Of a stretch of DNA of 63,775 nt, positions 58,146-63,775 are shown one piece after another (the stretch's first letter is position 1; every line of letters begins with the position of its first letter). The position numbers and the translations under genes are program-made. The stretch comes from a virus (taxonomy: Duplodnaviria > Caudoviricetes). The notes below the pieces were generated by a model that searched no databases, was not told where the DNA came from, and was given only the letters and a program-made list of their open reading frames with translations. The stretch lies in the IMG/VR virus record IMGVR_UViG_3300037515_000973, positions 1 through 63,775 of that record; one strand, written 5' to 3'.

Positions 58146-58785
58146 CGTCCCTCGGTTCAGGATTTCGATCCAGCAGCCTGTGCCAGTCTGCGTTGATGGC
58201 TTGTAAGATTCCCACGTCTCTAACATGCATCCTCACGGCGGCGGCCAAGGCCTGCACAACCAGGCCCAGTTCGGTAATCGGCACAAGGAATTTCTCCTGT
58301 GCTTGTCGCTTCTGCTCACTCTCTATGAGTTTGCGTTTCTGTTCAAGGGCACGTCCGACTTCGTCCCAGGCGCGATAGTCATTTTGTCCTTTCCGGAGTA
58401 ACGCCCCGAGTTCCGTATTGGCTTCTGCACCTTTGACGGTGTCGTTATTCCGGATAGCAATCTGCATCTCCTGGTACGCCGTGAGGGCCAACGTCCAGAT
58501 TTTTCCGGCTTCGCCCGTATCGACCCGGCTGAGCAGGTCTGCCACACGGGCATCAACAAGGGCCACATCTTCCCGCATATTGAGCAATTCACGGTCATGT
58601 ACGCCTTTTTCATACAATGCTGCCATGCGTGTCGGAATGTGCTTCGAGTAGCGTCCGTGTTTGTAGGTTGGCGAATTTTGCCCAGACAGAGACGCGCCGC
58701 CGTGGATACGACAGACGCCATATCTGAGGGCCGCGTTTCTGCACTGTACGCCAGACCGTTTCGATGTTGCGTGGCATTGGGGCAC
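58084..58785 (-). CDS. terS: Terminase small subunit (HGG motif)
   Basis: C.ATSKRSG.QC...CRIHGG...KHGRYSK; upstream of terL. Confidence 0.75.
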   Translation of the reverse strand: MPQCHATSKRSGVQCRNAALRYGVCRIHGGASLSGQNSPTYKHGRYSKHIPTRMAALYEKGVHDRELLNMREDVALVDARVADLLSRVDTGEAGKIWTLALTAYQEMQIAIRNNDTVKGAEANTELGALLRKGQNDYRAWDEVGRALEQKRKLIESEQKRQAQEKFLVPITELGLVVQALAAAVRMHVRDVGILQAINADWHRLLDRNPEPRDDGTARHAPDTIAQATAPGIL

Positions 58786-58805
58786 GGTTATGACTCCTTC
58801 TCGTC

Positions 58806-58834
58806 TTGATTGTCTATTAATTTTTCACTATAAT
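58806..58834 (+). promoter_or_regulatory. Sigma70-type promoter
   Basis: TTGATT-N17-TATAAT. Confidence 0.55.
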
Positions 58835-58841
58835 GCGAGGT

Positions 58842-59039
58842 ATGGAAACCCCTACCCATGGTGGCAAACGCCCGGGTGCCGGACGGAAACGTATCCGGCC
58901 CGAGAGTATACGGCAAACCATTGCCTTCTCCCTGCCCCCCCACCTGATCGACCACCTCAAGACAGAAGCCGCGCGCCGCGGCATTTCCCGATCTGAGCTA
59001 GTGACCATTCTTTTGCAAAAAAATCTGACACTCTCTTGA
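58842..59039 (+). CDS. CopG/RHH regulator
   Basis: HGGKRPGAGRK...FSLP...L..EA...GISRSELV. Confidence 0.75.
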   Translation: METPTHGGKRPGAGRKRIRPESIRQTIAFSLPPHLIDHLKTEAARRGISRSELVTILLQKNLTLS

Positions 59040-59106
59040 TTTTCTATTGATACAATCAAAAGGATTTGCTATATTATGAGTAGATCAAGAGAGAAGGAGC
59101 AGGCAG

Positions 59107-59511
59107 ATGAGATACACGCATAAAGAGATGGTGCAGGCCCTGAGTCGGTGGGCAGGCGAAGAGGAGATGGACGTACACGAGTTAGAAACGGCGCTTCTGG
59201 CCTTAGCACGCCATTCCTCCGAAGAGGACCTCTTGGCCCTTTTTCCCCGAGAAATCACCGCCTATGGGTATCCCATCGAGGACGCAGAGGACGCAGAGGT
59301 CGAGGACGTGACCCACTATCTTAGGTATGGCAACCAGACCACCTGGTGTGGACTGCCTGCCGCAGGCCTGAAGGCGTATCACGCATACTGCCGGCCCGGA
59401 TGGGAATATTTCCAACAGGCGTGCCCCGCTTGCAAAGCAGAAGCAACCCGGAAGGGGACTCTGAACGGTGCCGTGAACACCGGCCAGAGCAAAACTCGTG
59501 CAGCTAGCTAA
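59107..59511 (+). CDS. Hypothetical protein; N-terminus paralogous to 29234-29431
   Basis: MRYTHKEMVQALSRW versus MRYTDKEMEQALCRW. Confidence 0.6.
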   Translation: MRYTHKEMVQALSRWAGEEEMDVHELETALLALARHSSEEDLLALFPREITAYGYPIEDAEDAEVEDVTHYLRYGNQTTWCGLPAAGLKAYHAYCRPGWEYFQQACPACKAEATRKGTLNGAVNTGQSKTRAAS

Positions 59512-59601
59512 AACTACACCGAGCGAGGGGCCAGGATACCGGCCCCTCGTCCAATCGGCAAGCGGGCGACTCGGTGCCCGCTCGGCCTGAAGGAGCAGTG
59601 T

Positions 59602-59994
59602 ATGCAATTCATTATCCAAAAAACATCCCGAGATTGTGGGATAGCAGTAGCCGCCATGTTGGCCGGAACAAGCTATGATACGGCCTATCTGGCAACGCCA
59701 GATCAGGCCATCCGCCGGGGATTATATATAAATGATATGCTTGCGTGTCTGGCCAAAATTGGGAATCCATCCTGGAAAGCCTCCAAACGCGGCTACAAAA
59801 AGCCACTGGTGAGCTATGCAAACGTCCCCTCTTCTGCGCATGCGTTGATTATCCGACGCCCAGAAGATTCCTTTGGGCACTGGATCGTCCGGGAGCAAGA
59901 AAGCATTTACGATCCGGAGTTTCCCACTCCCTGCAACCTTGCGACCTATACGCGTCAGGAGTGGGAAATTATTCGGGTGATTCTCCCTCGCTAA
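59602..59994 (+). CDS. Peptidase C39-like protein
   Basis: QKTSRDCGIA...GHWIV...IYDP (Cys-His-Asp). Confidence 0.75.
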   Translation: MQFIIQKTSRDCGIAVAAMLAGTSYDTAYLATPDQAIRRGLYINDMLACLAKIGNPSWKASKRGYKKPLVSYANVPSSAHALIIRRPEDSFGHWIVREQESIYDPEFPTPCNLATYTRQEWEIIRVILPR

Positions 59995-60078
59995 ACCACG
60001 AAATTCACAGCTATACCACCCCCGCCACCACGGCGGATTGGGATACGCTTGTTCATACGATTTCTCCTTTCTGTTAAT

Positions 60079-61242
60079 TTAAAACCGAATACGACGACGT
60101 ACCGTCGTCCACGATTCGAGCCATTCTATATCCACTTTACCACCTAACGTGGGTTCCAACCATTCCCTGTGATCCGCCCCGCCATACAGCAACACCTTCT
60201 GTGGTTCAATCTGTCGAATGCCTTCCAGTATGCCTTGCAAAAAAAATCCGTGATCGTCTTTGCCGGATAAGGTGCGGCATTGTGCGGACACCACTGGAGT
60301 TCCCTTAGGAATCCCCTTAAAGGCCCAATCGTATGTGCGTTCATCTGACCAATTCAGACTTGGAATAATTGGAATACCCGCCTCTTGCCAATACCGAGCG
60401 CACCACCGCGAGCGATAGAGATTAAAAAGTTGAATCGACAAGGGCCAATTGCGCCACAGAGAAAAGTCCGGACTCAGCACGGCACCCCAACCGAAACTAG
60501 TCATTTTTTCAATAATTTGCACGGCATGCGTCCAGACTGTCACAAACCGTTTGTCATCGACATAAAACCCCAGCACGCCCCCTTGTGCCTCCCGAGGAAA
60601 CGTATTCGTGCCCCACAGAAAAAGGGTATCCTGTGCATTTTCTACTTTTTGTCCCGCCCAAATACTATGAGGAACCTGAGCACTCAACAAATCTGCACGG
60701 AGATCAGGAATATCCCACGCGTTACTCCGACTCGGGAAGACGGCATCAACACGATAGGCGTAAATATTAATGTGATCTGGATCTTCTGATATTTCTTCCT
60801 CTTCATTGTCCTCTTCATTGTCCTGCTCAAAAATTTGATTTTCACGTAAAGCGGATAATTCTTTGTGAGAAAAAAATGCGGTCAGGTCCACGTCCTGTGC
60901 CTTCAGCAACGCCCCGTCCCACGTGGCTAAGTCACTCGCTCGGTTATCGGCAATCGACAATTCACGTTTCTGTGTGTCAGTCAAACCGCTTCGTTGCACA
61001 ACCACCCATTCTTCGCCGTCTGTCTCGATCACCTGGACCTTTTTAATGCCTCGCTGCGCGAGTGCCTCAAATGTCCCGTTCCCAGCCAGAATGGTCCCGT
61101 CTTCATCGATCACGCCCGAACGTGAGACGCCGACGGCACCAATACTGTCGGCAATCATACCGATATTGCGCGGGTTATGTTGCCGCACATTCAACGGATC
61201 TGGATGCAAATCCGTGAGAGCAATCGTCCGTGTTTTCATCAA
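60079..61242 (-). CDS. ParB-like N-terminal domain fused to DUF4417-like domain
   Basis: P.N.R.H...ILAGNG...IADNR; FYVDDKRF...LSPDFSLW...N.YRSRW...WQ..GI.IIP. Confidence 0.75.
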   Translation of the reverse strand: MMKTRTIALTDLHPDPLNVRQHNPRNIGMIADSIGAVGVSRSGVIDEDGTILAGNGTFEALAQRGIKKVQVIETDGEEWVVVQRSGLTDTQKRELSIADNRASDLATWDGALLKAQDVDLTAFFSHKELSALRENQIFEQDNEEDNEEEEISEDPDHINIYAYRVDAVFPSRSNAWDIPDLRADLLSAQVPHSIWAGQKVENAQDTLFLWGTNTFPREAQGGVLGFYVDDKRFVTVWTHAVQIIEKMTSFGWGAVLSPDFSLWRNWPLSIQLFNLYRSRWCARYWQEAGIPIIPSLNWSDERTYDWAFKGIPKGTPVVSAQCRTLSGKDDHGFFLQGILEGIRQIEPQKVLLYGGADHREWLEPTLGGKVDIEWLESWTTVRRRIRF

Positions 61243-61341
61243 TTTGACGTCTCCTCAAGAAAAAGCCCTTCCGGCGACAACCAGAAGGGCTCAAATAGCG
61301 CTGCGGGCAGCTGCGCGAAAGGATTATCTATGAAGAGCTTT

Positions 61342-61677
61342 TCACACTTCAGAACATGGGGCAATAGCCTCACAGCGCTCGACCATCCCTCTCAACCGGT
61401 TCGCGAATGCTTTTGCTCCTTCAGAAAGGTGATCGTCAGATGTTTCTGTATACGAGAGAAAAATACGAATGAAGGAATCTGCAAAGTCTGCCTGGGCCTC
61501 TCTGTATGTCTCGCCAGATCCAAAGATATTGGTCTTTTCGTGAGAAAAGACGATGAGACCAGGATCTTTCTCCCCAACAACGCAAAGAGGCTTCTTGAGC
61601 GTCATTCTTTTCTGATGATTGTGAATCGTTCGAAGGAACAACTTATAGTCCTGAGAGTCATTCTCCAGCAGCGACAT
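61342..61677 (-). CDS. HicB-like small protein
   Basis: IFGSGETYREAQADF. Confidence 0.45.
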   Translation of the reverse strand: MSLLENDSQDYKLFLRTIHNHQKRMTLKKPLCVVGEKDPGLIVFSHEKTNIFGSGETYREAQADFADSFIRIFLSYTETSDDHLSEGAKAFANRLRGMVERCEAIAPCSEV

Positions 61678-61926
61678 CTGATCCTACCCCCCCCCGTTAC
61701 GAAAAGGTGGTTTTCATTGTGAGCGGATCGACTACCAACGCATAGCGTTTCGGACCAGGCGACTCAGGAATGCCGGGTCCATACGCTTCGATTCGATAGG
61801 GCTGATTTTCCGTTGCCAACTGCTCCGCTATTCGTATCGCATCTTGAATAAGCGGGATCTCGTGCGCCACAATAACCCATTCTTCCGATACATTTTGCAG
61901 GAGGACACGATACATGTACACTTCTC

Positions 61927-62331
61927 CTATGCCGTGAACGGTCCGTTGGTGATAGCCTGGATCGTCACATCAATCTCGCGGACGGCCTGACGCGGTACAG
62001 TCGCCGCGTCGAGCCATTCGTACACCATCACCGCCCGATACGTGGTCACAGACGGCTTCGGACTCTCCGTCATCGTGACGTCCGCCTCTTGCAGTTTCCA
62101 CGTCAAAAGCCCCGCCCCGTCCACCGTGACCTCATTGGCATTGAGAATGCTCTGATTATTACGACTATTGATAATGGCGCCACTCTGCACGGAATAGTAC
62201 GTCAGGCGGATGGCGGTAAACGCCGCCGCAGGAACGGCGACGCTGGCCTCGTCAAGCAGCGTCGTCGTATACGTGACGGTCTGTCCCTCAAGGACCGCAA
62301 TGGCGAATGGCGTTGTGGTCATAAAACTCAC
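61927..62331 (-). CDS. Ig-like structural protein (BppU-like)
   Basis: Beta-rich; G.LTW.LQ.AD. Confidence 0.45.
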   Translation of the reverse strand: MSFMTTTPFAIAVLEGQTVTYTTTLLDEASVAVPAAAFTAIRLTYYSVQSGAIINSRNNQSILNANEVTVDGAGLLTWKLQEADVTMTESPKPSVTTYRAVMVYEWLDAATVPRQAVREIDVTIQAITNGPFTA

Positions 62332-62333
62332 AG

Positions 62334-62777
62334 CTAGGCTATTGTCAAAATATCCCCGGCCGACGCCACCGCCGCCCCGTCGAACAGAATGTCAAAGGAT
62401 TCCAGGGCCTGCAAGGTCACCGCACTTCCATAGTCCCACCACCCGATCAGTGGATCCGCGGGCGTCGTGGGCGTCGTGTTTTGCAACACGACATACTGAA
62501 AGGGTCCGATCGTCCCACCACTCGCCGTAATCGTCAGGGAGACGCCCTGCAACGTCCCGACACCCGCTGCCGCAGTATAGGTATTCTGGACATCCACGGG
62601 AGCCGTATAGCCATTTTCATTCACAATCTCGGCTAAATCTGCCTTCACCTCATCTAAAGAGGCACTCGGCGCCGCATTCGTCAGATACACTTCGAGCGTA
62701 TGTCCCGCCGCCTGCAGCTGGTGCGTGCCTTCGCCGAGGTCTAAAGGAAAAACGTTGAATTTGTTAAAAGCAGCCGT
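62334..62777 (-). CDS. Phage structural protein; apparent ACG start
   Basis: GGAGG-N8-ACG GCT GCT TTT AAC AAA TTC; IGPFQYVVL...LIGWWDYG. Confidence 0.65.
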   Translation of the reverse strand, partial: TAAFNKFNVFPLDLGEGTHQLQAAGHTLEVYLTNAAPSASLDEVKADLAEIVNENGYTAPVDVQNTYTAAAGVGTLQGVSLTITASGGTIGPFQYVVLQNTTPTTPADPLIGWWDYGSAVTLQALESFDILFDGAAVASAGDILTIA

Positions 62778-62874
62778 GACAATACCCTCCTGCTAGGTCT
62801 AAAACAATAAGTGAGATACCCTCTAGCTTAGGTATTTTCTTCTCAAGAAGTCTTATTGCCCAATTGTACCCCTT

Positions 62875-63775
62875 TTACGTGATCGTTTCTGCAAAAACCC
62901 CACCAGAGAAAGCCACTTCGCCGCTCGTCTGCCCGGTCACAAATGTCTCTCCAGTAAAAAAGATTATCGTCGGCAGGTTGACCGCTGAATAGACCAATGT
63001 TGCCACAGCCCCATTCCAAAGAACAGTCCCAGGACTGGCATGCAGCAATGCCGCCCGCAGCAATGCCGCTTCCTCCCCTGTCCAGGTATAGGAGCCTGCT
63101 GCTGCGATCAGACGGCGGGCCTGCACGATCAGGGCACCCGCCCCAGTGACTGTCGAGAGACCTGGTGCAAGCGTCAAGAGTCGAAACGCGCGTGCTGTGA
63201 GCGGTTGCCCGGTCTGCACGTACACGCCTGGTTGCGCGTCCACGACACGCGTCACATGGACAGTCGCAGAGACGCCTGTCAACGCAAAAGCTTCGGGCGT
63301 GGCAGTCAGCAGCCGTTGGGCAAGGGCGGCAACTGTTTGTCCACTGTAGGTGACGCTGCCTGGCTCAGCCGTCAACGTAAAAAAGCCTAGAACGTTATAG
63401 GTCAACGTCGCCGCGACACCCGTCAGCGCAACACTGCTCGGCTCGGCAGTAAGGACGCGCTGAGACAGTAGATCAATCGCAACACCCGTCAGCGCAACGC
63501 TGCTCGGATCGGCACTGAGGACGCGTTGGAATAGAGAATCAGCCGCTATGCCCGTCGAGGCAGCACTGCCCGGCTCGGCGCTGAGGACGCGCTGAGAGAG
63601 CGGATCAACGGTTATGCCTGTCGAGACAACGCTGCCTGGCTCAGCGGTCAACTCAAAAAAGCCCAAGACGTTATAGGTCAACGTCGCCGCGACACCCGTC
63701 AGCGCAACACTGCTCGGCTCGGCAGTAAGGACGCGCTGAGACAGTAGATCAATCGCAACACCCGTCAGCGCAACG
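62875..63775 (-). CDS. 3' part of the tandem-repeat protein that begins at 1186
   Basis: Open from the window end; same 22-aa and 26-aa units; acgttatagg at 63392 and 63668 (276 bp apart). Confidence 0.8.
   Translation of the reverse strand, partial: VALTGVAIDLLSQRVLTAEPSSVALTGVAATLTYNVLGFFELTAEPGSVVSTGITVDPLSQRVLSAEPGSAASTGIAADSLFQRVLSADPSSVALTGVAIDLLSQRVLTAEPSSVALTGVAATLTYNVLGFFTLTAEPGSVTYSGQTVAALAQRLLTATPEAFALTGVSATVHVTRVVDAQPGVYVQTGQPLTARAFRLLTLAPGLSTVTGAGALIVQARRLIAAAGSYTWTGEEAALLRAALLHASPGTVLWNGAVATLVYSAVNLPTIIFFTGETFVTGQTSGEVAFSGGVFAETIT

Overview
The window is a near-complete genome of a temperate, long-tailed (siphovirus-like) phage in its excised form. The two ends break inside one tandem-repeat gene, and an intact attP carrying the 3' half of tRNA-Ala(CGC) lies next to a tyrosine integrase. 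Recognisable modules are packaging/head/tail genes (about 34-59 kb, minus strand), a lysogeny switch, replication genes (CHC2 zinc-finger primase fragment, DUF3987-like protein, candidate origin), a cluster of signal-peptide FN3/LamG/beta-helix genes, a strip of small early genes, and two non-autonomous TnpB elements whose empty sites can be reconstructed. Four observations stand out. (1) An array-less type IV-B Cas operon has two csf3 paralogues and an inserted cupin. (2) An in-frame TGA occupies a conserved Cys position of the SPP1 gp7/MuF head protein and is followed by a SECIS-like hairpin, making it a candidate phage selenoprotein. (3) Two families of dispersed 27-29 bp hairpin elements show covariation and sit in frame in genes, including the large terminase. 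(4) A membrane protein with a FixL-like PAS domain lies in the putative lysis position. All assignments come from motif recognition by eye; no database searches were run.
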